A DNA stretch of 64,000 nucleotides from Guillardia theta CCMP2712 (lineage: Eukaryota; Protista; Cryptophyta), in the NCBI RefSeq assembly GCF_000315625.1, contig NW_005434605.1, positions 376,273-440,272 of the forward strand. Direction: 5' to 3'. Positions within the stretch are counted from its first letter, which is position 1; each line of letters opens with the position of its first letter. The position numbers and the translations under genes are program-made. Below are positions 17,755 through 30,289 of the stretch, one piece after another. The notes beneath the pieces were generated by a model. It made no database searches. It was not told the DNA's origin and worked only from the letters and a program-made list of their open reading frames with translations.

Positions 17755-19462
17755 ATGAGCGAGGGCAGCGTTCCTCCAACAGACTTCAAGGTGGCCATCT
17801 CGCGATGATGTGAACTGTTGTTCTGATGGGTTTGTTCAGACTCTTTTCGGAAAGACTCTCTACAAGGATGGAGTTGGCGAAGTTGGTACCGAGAGCAGTT
17901 TGAAGGACGTCCAGCACATCGGAGTCTTTTTTGGAGCGGCTTGGTCGGGCTCTTGCAAACAATTCATGCAGCCTCTCGTGCAAGTGTACAAGAAATTGAC
18001 GGAAGAGAAGAAGAAGTCCTTCCAGATCGTTTACGTTCCAGCGACAGTGCCCGGCCGCCCTGCAGAGGATGAGGCCTCGTTCAAAGAGCTTATGTCCATG
18101 ATGCCTTGGCTTGCTGTCCCGTATCATCGCAAGGCAACCCACAAGAAGTTGACCCGAAGATTCCAAGTGCGCCAGATCCCCATGCTGGTCCTCCTGGACA
18201 CGGAAGGAAAGACCATCCACCGTGACATCACTCCTGCTGTCACACACATCGTTGAGGACCATGATGGAGACTCGTTTGCCGATCAGTTTCCATGGGCTGA
18301 GAAGAGACATAGCAACATCAAGAACATGCTTGGAAGCCACTTCTTGAAGGGTGACAACAGCCAGGTACCACTCTCGGCCCTCGACGGAAAGTACGTTGGT
18401 GTCTTGTTTTCTGCAAATTGGCACTGGCAATGCCGCCGATTCCAACAGATGTTGGAGTACATGTATGACAAGCTCAAGCAAGATGGAAAACCATTCGAGA
18501 TTGTTGACATGGTAAGCATGGATCGCGGCCTTTGAGAAGCTGACAATTGCTTCAGGACTTTTCTCCAGAAATGCAATGGCTTTCAATGCCTCACGATTCT
18601 TTTGAAGCTAAGCACAAGCTGGGCGAAGCGTTCCGTATTGATCAGTGCCCAATGCTCGTGATCATCGATCCTGAGGGCAACGTGGTCACAACGGAAGGTG
18701 TTGAAATTGTGAGCAAGGACACTGATGGGGAATGCTTCCCATGGACACCCAAGGCACGATGGCCATCATACTTGCTTGTCATCTGACCTTATTACTGCAG
18801 CCGCTTTACGATCTTTCAACACTTGAACCAGAGATTCTTGGAGAGATGAACGACACCGTCACCTGTGTGATTTTGTGCGAGGGCTGCGATGAGAACACCA
18901 AAGCAGAATTGGCCGACGCTATGATGGTGTGAAAGGTTGTTCTGTTCGTTGAGACCTTATTTTGCTTCGTAGCCCGTCGCAACTGAGGCGTTCAATGCTG
19001 CCAAAGCAAGGTATGCCCGTTTGTTGTGAGAGGCGTCTAGCTGATTCTTCTGTAGTGGATGTGAAGCAGGAATGCTGTTTTTCACTGCCACGGAGACCAG
19101 CGAAGTGGTTTCGCAACTCCGCATGTCCTGCGAGTTGGGAGAACCAACAACAACACCTCAAGTATAGCTCGATGTGTGGTTTGCTGATGTTTCTGATTTT
19201 TCCTGCAGCTTGTAATCCTTGACATCCCCGACTCTGGGGCATACTACGTGTTTGGTAGAGTTGTGATGTATGCTAACCGATCTTCTGACATGGAACATAG
19301 ATGGTGATAATATTACCACTGAGAACATCTCGTTATTCATCGAGGACTATGATGAAGAGCGTCTTGAGCGCAAGGAGCTTCAGGTGAAGTGCAACCGGTT
19401 CCATTGCAGACCTGAATTTGATCTCGCAGGAGGAGGAGGAAGAGGAGAATGGAGACCAGTAA
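17755..19462 (+). CDS. Nucleoredoxin/tryparedoxin-like multi-thioredoxin protein with degenerate active sites
   Basis: Two Trx-like repeats (GVFFGAAWSGSCKQF..MPWLAVPY..IPMLVLLD; GVLFSANWHWQCRRF..CPMLVIIDPEG..FPWTPKP) plus a third C-terminal module; introns include 17791-17839, 18512-18555 and GC-AG 18754-18800. Confidence 0.82.
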
Positions 19463-19599
19463 CTGACCCTACTTGCACTAGCTCTGCTCTCTATGATTTG
19501 CTAGTTAACTTCTGTGATCCTTTGGCTTTGTATCTTTTTCTCGCTCGCATGCACAACATTGAACGGCAAGGGGCCAAACTCTGATGAGCTCTGAAGACT

Positions 19600-21103
19600 C
19601 CATGAGAGTTTATTAGAGTGACATGGCTGGCAGTGATGGGGGGGCGCAGCAGCTGCTCCTCTACCCGAGACACTTGCAGCTTCCTTGAACATACTCGTCG
19701 ATCGAACATGTGGGAGGGATGGCAGGAGACCTGCGGCGTGTCAGGAGGAGGGAGGAGGAAGGAAGAGGCTCTCACGTCTTGCCAGCGAGGTTGGGATCGT
19801 GTCCTGCTGGCGCGGCTCCTGCGATCTTGTCGACGAGCAGACCGCCGCATGTAACTCCGCACATGTTGATGCCTAGGAGGCCGTGATAGACGTCCTCTCC
19901 TGCTGCTTGTTAGGACTTGGTCGGAGATCTCTCTCTCACCGATCACTCGACCGGCTCGCGCGTTGGTGCCAAGAAGGATTTGCGCTTGTTGGTTGACTAT
20001 AGAGGTTGGCCATGTAAGTGAGGAGGAGAACAATTTCGTTCCACCTCGTTGCAACAAGAATCCTGTAGTGTCTGACGTGTCAGCAACGGGAGGGCAACGA
20101 GCAGCAGCTGACCTGCGCTAGCGGGGACAAAAATGTCGATGAAATGGTTGGCGCTGAGAGAAGAGAATGAGGGAAAGAGGTAGAGGGATGAGAGGAGAGG
20201 AGATGAGACGATGAGAGGACTTCGAAGAGGAATGAAAGGGGTTGGGAAGAGAGGAGAAGGAGGTAGAGGAAGATGAGTAGACCTGACGTTGACGTCCAGC
20301 AGAAACGACAATTTGAGATTTTCCGCATCCCATGTGGCAAGGGAAGTGTACTGAGAGGGGTCAGGGGGGGGGGAATGGAGCAGGAGGATTTCTACCGCGT
20401 TGTTCATGAGGGAGAAGGAGCTCGAGTTGCAGCTTATGTTGTAGATGTCAAGACACTGAAGAATAGCCGTGAGGACATCATCACAACCAGTATCCTCATC
20501 GTCATCAGAATGATCGAGTTTGCAAATACCGTGGCTGGCTCCAAACTTTCACAGATGTGCTGATACCCGACGACGTTGGTGTCGCAGAACTTCTGCAGCA
20601 GCAGCGCGTGAGTGAAGGAGGAGAGGCAGGACCCGTCACCATCGTCCGCTGGAAGCCGTTGAGGTAGAGGAAGACTTCTTCTCCCGCCCGCAGCTCCACG
20701 TTGAGGCTCAGCGACAGCAGCAGCATCATCGGGGCGCTCTCGAGGCTCCATGCTGGCTTGAAGGTGAAACTGGACGCGCACACGTCAGCTTCTTCCTTGT
20801 CTCCCTGTTATCCCAATGCTCCTCCCTCCTCCCTCCCCTCCACCAGCTCCTTCAGCTCCTCTTACCCACTCGTTTCTCCCATCTATCTTATCGTGCCCCT
20901 CATCAACATCACCGGCTGTCTTGGCCAAAGTGGCCGATGAGCGGGAAGAGCGTGAGGGGAGAGGAGTCAACGAGCGCGTTTATGGCCTCGGATGTGATAC
21001 GGAAATCATCTGAAAGAAAGTGACGATCAGTAGGGTGAGCAGGAGGAGGAGGACAAGCGTCCGCCAGGTGCAACAGGTCCACAAAGAGCGACAGGCGCAC
21101 AAG

Positions 21104-21169
<66 letters not shown>

Positions 21170-23731
21170 TGAGGCAGGGGGTCTCTTACGTCCTTGCTGA
21201 ATGCCGGTAGGGGGCAGCTGGAGGACGTCTGAGCAGTTGACGAGGAGGAGGACGAGAGACTTCTTGCTGACTTGGACGAGAGCGCGCAGGTTCAGCCAGA
21301 CGCCACTGGAAGCGTTCGGACTGTAGGAGGAGAGGCTGACGTTGAACACTTGCTGCCTTCCAACTCGTCCCAGAGAGATTCTCCGAGCAAAAAGACCGTC
21401 CAGCACCTCCCCAGCTTGCGAGATGTCGCTGACGCCGAACTTCTCCTGGAGATAGGAATAGGCGTCCGCGCCAGCAGCTGAAGAGGAGGTGATCGAGGAG
21501 GCATTCAGCAGGCCGAAGCCAGGCAGGAAGAGCTTGATCGTCTCTCCCGGCAGGATGACGTCGCTGAGCGTTAGGGCCAGCAGCAGGTTCGACCTCCAAG
21601 TGCCCGCGAGAGGGACGTCAAATCCCAGCAGGCTCAGCTCGAACGAGCCGAGCCCAGCAGACCACCCACCTGTCGGGAGGATCTTGCCATTGCGAGCGGA
21701 GGTTGCGAAGGTCATGTTAGGATCCTTGGCGGGTATCCCGTCAGCCGGCAGGAGGACGTTCTTGACGCAGACCACCAGCTCCTCCCCGGCTCCCACCTGC
21801 TCGCCGAAGTGGAGGAGGAGCGTCGAGCCGTCTCCCTGCCAGGTGGGGAAGTAGCGAGAGGAGGAGGAGCAGTTGTTGGAGGCGAGCTGGTCGGGGAGGA
21901 TGAGCTTGTCGAGCGCGAACTCTATAGTCTCTCCCTGCTCGAAGCTCATGACACAGCTGACAAACAGCTGGAAGTCGCTCCGCGTGCCGGCGACCGCGTT
22001 GGAGATGTCCATCCTCACGCTGCAGTAGCCGACGGAGTCCACCAGCGTCACGGGCTGCCAGGAAGAGGAGGCGGAAGTTGGAGAAGTCGGAGCGACGACC
22101 TCGACGAGCGGGGTATGGAGGGAGCTGCTGACACCGTCCTGGGGAATGAGCAGGGAGACGAGGGTAGGGGAGGAGAGAAGCACGGGCTCAAGTGCGGGGA
22201 TGGTGGCAGTAGGGCGGAACAGGAGAAGGAGGAAGCCTTGAGCTGAGAGATCTCCGAGGAAGAGATCCCAGCCGTTGTCGAGGGGGAGGAAGCAACAGGT
22301 GACGTTGACGTCTGTCAGGAGCATGCTAGAGGGGAAGTAACAGCTGCTCGTCGCCTCCTCCGCTGAGAGCGCCTGGCAGTTCGCTCCCTCCTGCGAGCGG
22401 AAGCCGAAGGCATCGAGGCGGAGGATGACGGAGCTGTTGGGGGGGAGCGACTCGGTGTAAGTGAAGTTGAAGAAGACGCGGGAGGGCTGGCCTGGGAACC
22501 TGCGCTCCTCGAACGAGACCCGCGACAGCAACTTGCCGACCCCCTCCACGTGGGTGAAGAACTGCCCGCTGACCTGATGCTCCACTTCCAAGGTGAAGCC
22601 GATGGAGTTTGGATGGATCCCGGTCGAGGGGAGGAGGAGGTTGAGGTCTGAGGGCAAGGAGAGGGCAAGGAGGTCGCAGGCGCTGACGTCCCTCCTCGGG
22701 CTCAGGCAGAGAGCGGAGCTTGAGCAGTTCCAGCGAGCGAGGAGGACGTCACTAACCTCGTGCCAGCCGTCGGAGACGTTGCAGGAGGACGTCACAAGCT
22801 CTGTCACCTTCACCTCCACGAAGCTTCCCTGCTGCAGCCTCATGCCTGGATACAGCTCCATCCGCAGCGACGAGGCGGCGCCAGGCAGGAGGGGCGAGAA
22901 GGAGAGGGAAGAGCCAGGGAACAGTCCAGCCGCATAGACGAGCTCAACCCTCGCGCGTCCTCCCTGGTCAAAGGGAGCTGGGATGGAGGTTGGGACGGCG
23001 GCTGACCTCACTTGGATCGAGATGCAGGGGGAGGAGCTGGGGATCGCCGCCCAGGGGAGCAGCAGGGGAACCAGGAAATCGAATCGCACAGGCACGTTGG
23101 CGCCAACGCTCTGCGTCATCTGCACCATGAGCGTGCTCTCCCCTTGGCACTTCGCGCTCGTCGTGTCTCGTCCTGCTGGACTTGCCGTGATGTTGTCTCT
23201 GCAGGTGACGAACCCGCAGTCGACGCTGAGCTGGGAGATATTGCGGTAGCTCAGCTCAGCTGTGGCGTAGCTGGACTTCTCCTCCCCATCCAACGAGAAC
23301 GTCAGCTCGACCCCTCCAGCTCCGTCGCAACTCGTAGGGGAGAAGGGGAGCGTCAGGTTCACCCCGTCCCCCTGCTGGAGAGCAAAGCTCAAGGTCAGCT
23401 CGAGGCTGACTTGACGGGCCAGCTGGTAGAGGCTTGTGGCTCCTGCCTGGAACTCTCGGTCGAAGGACAAGACGGAGCGAGGCACCTGTCGCATGTTCAG
23501 GCTCTCCCCTCCTCCTCCCCTCCTCCTCCCCTCCCGTTGCTCTCCTCCTCGCCACTCACCTCGAGCTCGGTCTGGATAGGAACATCGTACTGTTTCCCAT
23601 CAGCAAAGACGAGGCGCATCCTGATGCCTGAGTTTCCTGCCTGGACCCCCGAGGAAGGATACCTAATGAAAGAGCAGAGAAGAGAAGATCAGGAGGGAGC
23701 AAAGAGAGATAGGTAGTATGGGGGAGGGAGC

Positions 23732-23819
<88 letters not shown>

Positions 23820-25054
23820 AAGGAGCACAAGGAGCACAAGGAGCAGGAGGAATCCTTGTTGCGTCACCTGATCTCACTGGTCGAGGACAAGGAGATGCAG
23901 ATCGACTCGTCAGGCTCGTGCTTCTCGTTCACCAGGAAGGTCAACTTGTTTTCGTCCTGCGATCACGCCCAGTGTCAGCCGGAGAAGCGAAGCAGGCGGT
24001 TCAAGAAGAGAAGACCTCGATCCAGTTGGCGTGCTGGATCTTCGACATGATTTGGGACAAGAGCTGCTTGCCGGGACTTGAGCACGAGGAGGAGCTTGCG
24101 ACCTCGCACGATGAAACGGCGATGCCCTGCACGCTCCCGCCTACCCTCGAGAAACGAGGGAGGAAGAGGCTGACTGCATCCCCGTAGTCCAGCTTGCGAT
24201 TGATCTGAAACTGCAGGAAGAGCTCGACTCTCCCTGGCCGCCAGTCAGAAGAGACGCGGATCGACAGGTCGCCTACCCGCTGCTATCACTGTCTCGTTCG
24301 CTCCGAAGTCCAGGCGCACGTCTCGGACCCGGACAAGGTCGTCAGACACTCTGCAGAGCTCTTGATCGGCCCGGAAGATGGCGAGCGAGAAGTTGCTGGT
24401 CGTTCGGTAGTTGGTGTCTGTAGGAGGGCATGAGGAACGAGTAGACACACCCCTCCGGCTCACTCAGAAATCCATAGCTCCTCGCCACAACCATCAACAC
24501 CCTAGTGTTGGGAGGGATTTCTGACTGGTCCAGGTATACGATGGTCAACGTTTGCTCTGATTGCGTCCATGATGCAATCCATCGGCTGCGAGATGTGCTC
24601 CCATGGCTGACGACCATCTCATTCTCAGAGCAACAAGCGCAACCTCCGCCTCACCTCACAAAGATCGCCCCTGGATCCGTGATACTAGCGAGCTCGAACC
24701 CTGCGGTCGCCGTCAGAGAACAGGAGGGAGGATGCTGTGCTTGCCACCTGGGAGAGTCACACGGACTTGGTCCGAGCTCCTGATGGTCAGAGAGGTGTTA
24801 AACTCCACCTGCACCTCAACCGACGAGTCTATCAGCATCGGGTTCACGGCGATCGATGCCCAGACTGAACAGTCTTGCTGCAGGAGGCTCCTGGCACTGC
24901 TCGCATGTGCTGCTGCTCCTATCCCAGGGGATGAGGAGACCAGCAAGAGCTGCCGCTGGCTGCTGCTCGATGAGGGAGTGAAGCTGTTGGCCAGGCTGAA
25001 ACTTAGCAGCATCATGCATGTGATGAGTGCGCGGCAGGCAGTGGACATGACCAT
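19600..25054 (-). CDS. Large secreted/surface protein with repeated beta-sandwich-like modules
   Basis: Signal peptide (MSTACRALITCMMLLSFSLA), an 861-codon internal ORF and recurring modules of the type F/L..L..GD/E.V.L.LP.F ... LP..GI; many small introns; 3' end approximate. Confidence 0.62.
21109..21168 (+). repeat. (GCA)n trinucleotide repeat, intronic
   Basis: Read directly; lies just after a GTAAG donor on the minus strand. Confidence 0.88.
23734..23819 (+). repeat. (CAGGAG)n hexamer repeat, intronic
   Basis: Read directly. Confidence 0.92.
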
Positions 25055-25922
25055 GAAGCTTGCGACAGTCTCTTGCAATGGTGTTGCTCTCAGTCTTTCA
25101 TCTCTGGAAGTCTCGCCCTCCCTCCCTCCTCCCTCTCTCCCTCCTCCCTCCCTCCTCGGCTCCTCCTCTCGCCATCGCGTCTCATCGCCGGCATGGGGCA
25201 GGCTCTTGACTACGTGATGTAACGGTCATTTGTAACGTAAAATCACTCCGCCTCAGAGTCTTACTTACACTAGGCTATCACTGCTAGGCTATGGCCCCGC
25301 GGAAGTTCAAGTGCAGTGCGTCGCCGTGACTGCTGCTAACCGTTCCTGTCCGACAGCTGCTCCCGGTGGCACAGTCACTGGGTTACCCCCTGAGACTCCG
25401 AGCCTCGGAGGCTGAGCAGCCTGTGACAGCCGCTCGCCGCCCGGAGGCTTAAGTGAAACGGCGACGGCTGTGCTGAGTCCGATGGCAGCGTCGGACCCTG
25501 GTCCAAGGCACTTCTGTTTTAGGCACTAGTCACATCGATTGGTGTGAAGATGAATCAGCTGCCAGTGACTGATCATTGAACCGGGTTAAAGTCTCCACAG
25601 TTTCGCATTGCATCATGACCGGGACTATCACGAGCGTTCACTGAACAGTGCCCACGGTTGGCGCGCCATTGCTGAGAGCCGGACCCTGGCATGTCGAACG
25701 GCCAAACGCAACAACCGTAAACAACAACAATGAAGGCACTTCAGAGCATCAGGGGAACATAACAATGAAATTCATTACACTACACGGCGGCGACAGCTTC
25801 GAGACGAACTTTCGAGTCGCCGGCCACCAAATTCTGTCAAACCAATCGCCACCAGGACGCAGGCTCCCCCCTTTTGCTTCTACGCGCCTTCATTGCAGTG
25901 TCTGCATCATCAGGTTGGACGA

Positions 25923-26833
25923 TCATTCCTTTGCCTTAGACTTAGATTTGCGCATAGCGATAGAAGCAGATACAATGCAGAGAAGGGAATCAAGAACGGC
26001 TTTCCCTCCCCCTATAAAGGATAAACCTTCATCGCTCTGCATTCCACTGTAGATCTCATTGGCTGCTGCAAGTCCAAAGGTCCAGGCAAGCGCCATCGGA
26101 ATGAAATTGTCTTTCGACTTCTTCTCTGTATTTCCACGGCTCTTCCACCACATTGGACTGTCCAGCTGTTTCTTCAACTCTTCGATGTTGGATGCCTCTT
26201 GCCGTATGATGTCGCGCTGCTTCATCATGTCTTTCAAGATGGCTTGTGTCTTCTGATCATACTCCTCAAGAAGCTCCAGCTGTGCGCCTTCCATCGCAAG
26301 GTTTATCTCCTGTGACATGACAGAAACGACATTCAGTCATGAACATGAGAATGGCATGTTGGGTTAGAAGGCAAGAGGACATTACAAAGGAAGTAGGAAG
26401 ATTAATGTGATGTGAAGGGCGGATGAGATCGTGAAGGCACCTCTTCAATCTTCTTTTGAAGTGTCTGAACCTCGGCGTTAGTGAGCGTTGCGAGCTCTGA
26501 TATTTGCTTCTGGCCCTTTGCAACTTCGAGTTCCAAAATCTTGTCATCCAAGACTTCAGCCTTTCCAAACAAAGACTGTGATTTACTATCATCTGCATCC
26601 TGCACCTTCTCCTTCTCATTCGGCTCCACAATAGAAGCACGTAGAACAATCGCCTTGGCGCTTCTGACCCTCGCAGCGCGCGAGGAGCACCTTAGGATCG
26701 TAGGAGAGGCGCGTGGATCTCTATCAACCAGAGCTGAGAGAGGTAGAGGCGAGAAAGACAGAGCGCAGGGCAGGACCAACAGCATGGTCACCGCGAGACA
26801 GCTCGAGCTCACGTGGCTGCGTCGCTGCATCAT
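25923..26833 (-). CDS. Putative plastid-targeted coiled-coil membrane protein; exons 26441-26833 and 25923-26309
   Basis: Signal peptide ending CALS-FSP, Ser/Arg-rich transit-like segment, coiled coil and two C-terminal hydrophobic segments; GT-AG intron 26310-26440. Confidence 0.7.
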
Positions 26834-29282
26834 GGCGGCAGGGGGGCCGGAGATTTAAAAGGGAGTAATAGATTGAGTGGTACAAACAAAGAAGGTCATA
26901 AGTACTACTGGTACTGCAGAGTGTACCAGAGTTTTACATATTGGTACAAACTGATTAGAAAGATATTCTACTGCCCTCCTACTACTTAACTCTGGATGAG
27001 TAAACATTTTCCGAGCCCGGCGTATGGCGGTCCGGCTCCGGCGGTCACTGAAAGCTTGGGCCGGGCCGACGGAACGACTCCCGGGGATGGCCAGTGACCC
27101 GGCGGCCCAGGACTCAGAGGCTGCCACGGGTGAAACGGTGCCAGTCGGATCTTTTAGTCATCTTTTAGTCACGAGAAGATCCTGTAACGCAAATTTTAAA
27201 ATAATCGCACAGTACAAATCTAAAACATTTTATTAGATCTCCCTCCCTGCAGTAGAAATTCTGATCTGCATATTAGGTCAGATTGGGGGGTAGAGGTACC
27301 ATGTAATGAAATACTCCATAGACATTTGTACCAAGTACTTACACGACTCTCCTAATCCAGTACCATGTATCTTTATAAACTGTTTTAATCATGGCGGGCT
27401 ATGGTGGTAAACTCAAAATTTTAAAAAGGCAGGTTGCAAGCAGCCACTACAAGGCCCCACCCCTACCCCCTACTTTCATGGTCTTGTAGCTGTTTGACCA
27501 CCTCCACCACATGAAAATTTCAGCGGCGCTGGTCCACCATAACTGAATGACCCATCACCCTACCGATCATCTATTCAACCACCCACCAAAGTATCAACAT
27601 CGGTACCACCCACCCTGTTTATATCCATCTGACACTCCTTGACCCCCTCTTTTCGCCCCACCCAGACGGCCAGCAACTTGTGAAGGTGCAGATCACAGTT
27701 CAGGTATTGACCACCCTCCATTGCATCGCTAAAAGTACCCCTGTCCCATACCACGCCCACACTGGCCCCTCGTGCGTCCCAGACGTCTCCGTCCCCTTAA
27801 AAATAAGTTTTTTTATTCTGGTACAGTGGGGTGAGGCCGTGCCTGTATAACCTGGTAGTTCACTTCGAAAACACTTGTTTTGGTAGATACAAATTCCCAC
27901 AAGAATCTTTTTCAAAAACAATTGAATGCCACAACTTATCAGAGCACATCGTTTCGTTTTCTTTTTTTGCCAGCTCAGACTAAGCGGCCTACCTATTCCC
28001 ATGACTATGTGGTGGTTAGGGACCTAAACACTTCCTAGGGGTCCAATCGTATGGTGGTAAGACCCTGTATCAGTAGACTTGTTGGAGGCCTAGGAAGCGC
28101 ATCCCTTCCGTTCAACTCCGACGCAACCAGAGTAGTGCTTCCCACGACCTCCTGACGGGAAAGAAGTGATTCATTAAGTGAGGTATTATACAGAAAGGGC
28201 TATCCCTCCCGCTCTCAATCCACTCTCCTATCCCCCCACCTCGTGCTTTGTCCACATTCTCTCCACCCACCACCCCTAGCCTATCGATTTATCAGCAAAG
28301 ACACTAATGCCATGCTCCTATCCATGACCCTTCTTCTCTTGCCACATCGTGCGAAACCGTCACATGGTCGGGCGTCTAGCAGGTGTCAGACTAGGGTCTG
28401 TTCTCTTCATTCTATCGGATATCGTACTAAGATCTGGAGGCTATCCCCGCACCCTCAACCTCTCGCACCTCTTGCCGCTGAACCAATGAGGTCTGTCTAC
28501 TAGTCAGCACGTACCTCCTTTACTACGGAGCTATCGAATCTCTGACAAGACCTCTTAGTCGAAAAGAGATCTTTTCGCGCCCCTCTCCATGCTGCAAACA
28601 CGAAACACCCCTTCACCCCCTGGGGGTACCCGTACTTTAGGACATTATCTTGCTGTCTGCCTCCCCGCCAATACCCTACTACCCCCAAAATCACCTTCAT
28701 GTACCCCCTCTTCTCCCGTAGCTCCTGCATCCTGTAAGCGCCGCTGTCATCGTACTACCCCCTTGGAAGGCTGCCACTCATATGACCCACCCCCAGTAGA
28801 GAGACCTGCTAATGATCCTCATGCAGTCCTTTCACATACCCTCCATAGTACCTTCATCCTTCAATTACAGTATTGAATAAAATGGGTATCCAATAACCTT
28901 CAGGTCTTGTATCGGGTCTCAAACCCTTTGGTACCACCCCCACCCCTCTTTTTCAGTTCTTTGTTTGGCGTAGCTTTGCTCCAACCCAAGGCCACCTCCT
29001 TCCCGCCGACCTCCTTGGCTTTCCTCCTTCCTCTCGAGGTTCATCTTGTACCTATCCTTCTAGAGTCTTCCTCCTTGACTCGCTGTCTCGTCTCTGCTCA
29101 TCTTACAGTGCTTCCCCTCTTTTCGGTCTCCTTCCCACAAGGCTAGGCCACTCCCTCCCCACTACAAAGTCTACGCAAGGTGCAAGATTCAGGGTGCGAA
29201 TCCATCAAGCGTTGAATCTTTTTCCTTCGTTGTGACCAGAGGCTCGTTTGTTGTTTGATTTGGTTCGGTTCCGCTGCAAACG

Positions 29283-30206
29283 ATGTCGACATGGAACGAG
29301 TTCACAGATGAGGCCATCAAGGTTTGTGTTCAGGCATGCAAACACAGAAAAAGGACGCGGTCTACTTCAGTGCGTTCCTCTTCAACTTCCGCCAAACGAC
29401 CGAAGACGATGCCTGAGAAGGATGAATGCTCTCCGGTTGCCAGGAGTTTGGAGTATGCAGAATCCCCTTACTTCAACTCGGCGTTTCCGTTGCCAGAGCC
29501 GCCTTCCAACTACGTCTTGGAAGAAGACGAAGCTCTCGTCAGCGAAGCCTCCAGACGGATTGTTGAGTTCAACCGTTTGCTCCGCTCCTTAGAGGAAGGC
29601 CCTGTCTATGCAGGAGGACTAAGCCGTTATTTCATCTCGGAGCTTCTTCGCCGAATCAGAGCAAGCGAGAGCGATTCCGCTCCTGCGGCTTCTGCATTTG
29701 CCATCCACACGTTGCCGACCACAGAAGCTACCGGTAGTGAGACATCGATTGCGTGTGTGATATGCCAAGAGAACTTGAGTGGCACCCTCAAGCACATGCC
29801 CTGCTCGCATGGTTTCCATCAAGATTGCCTGGAAAAGTGGTTGCAACAGCACAACAGCTGCCCGACTTGTCGTTGTGAAATCGAGTCGTGCTGTCCACGA
29901 TACAACACGTTTAACAGAAACAAGATCCGTAGTGTAGTTCGTGCAGAGGCGATGTACGATGAGAACTATCTCACGGAGACTCGTCCTCAGGATGTGATGC
30001 TTTCAGTCTGCAACAACGCTAGTGCACAGGAGCCTTCCGTTCTTCTTTCAAACGAGCAAGAGACTCACAATGGCGAGGACGAAGCTTCAGAAGAACAAGT
30101 CATTGCACGATACCGCCAGTCTCTTGTTTCTGTCAAGCCTGTGATGATACAGTCGCGTGATGCTGACTTCTTGCATCTCCACAGAGATGACGAATTCTTT
30201 TTCTGA
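29283..30206 (+). CDS. RING-H2 finger protein (putative E3 ubiquitin ligase), intronless
   Basis: CVIC..CSHGFHQDCLEKWLQQHNSCPTCR is a complete C3H2C3 motif. Confidence 0.88.
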   Translation: MSTWNEFTDEAIKVCVQACKHRKRTRSTSVRSSSTSAKRPKTMPEKDECSPVARSLEYAESPYFNSAFPLPEPPSNYVLEEDEALVSEASRRIVEFNRLLRSLEEGPVYAGGLSRYFISELLRRIRASESDSAPAASAFAIHTLPTTEATGSETSIACVICQENLSGTLKHMPCSHGFHQDCLEKWLQQHNSCPTCRCEIESCCPRYNTFNRNKIRSVVRAEAMYDENYLTETRPQDVMLSVCNNASAQEPSVLLSNEQETHNGEDEASEEQVIARYRQSLVSVKPVMIQSRDADFLHLHRDDEFFF

Positions 30207-30289
30207 TTGTTTTGTGAATACCGTGATTATTCTTTGGACTGTAGAGAAAAAATCTAGCAAACCTCGGGATTTAATAAATTGCAACTCTC

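Noticed and set aside
21109-21168. Poly-Ala tract in the 861-aa ORF
   Set aside because: Lies after a strong GTAAG donor, so it is probably intronic.
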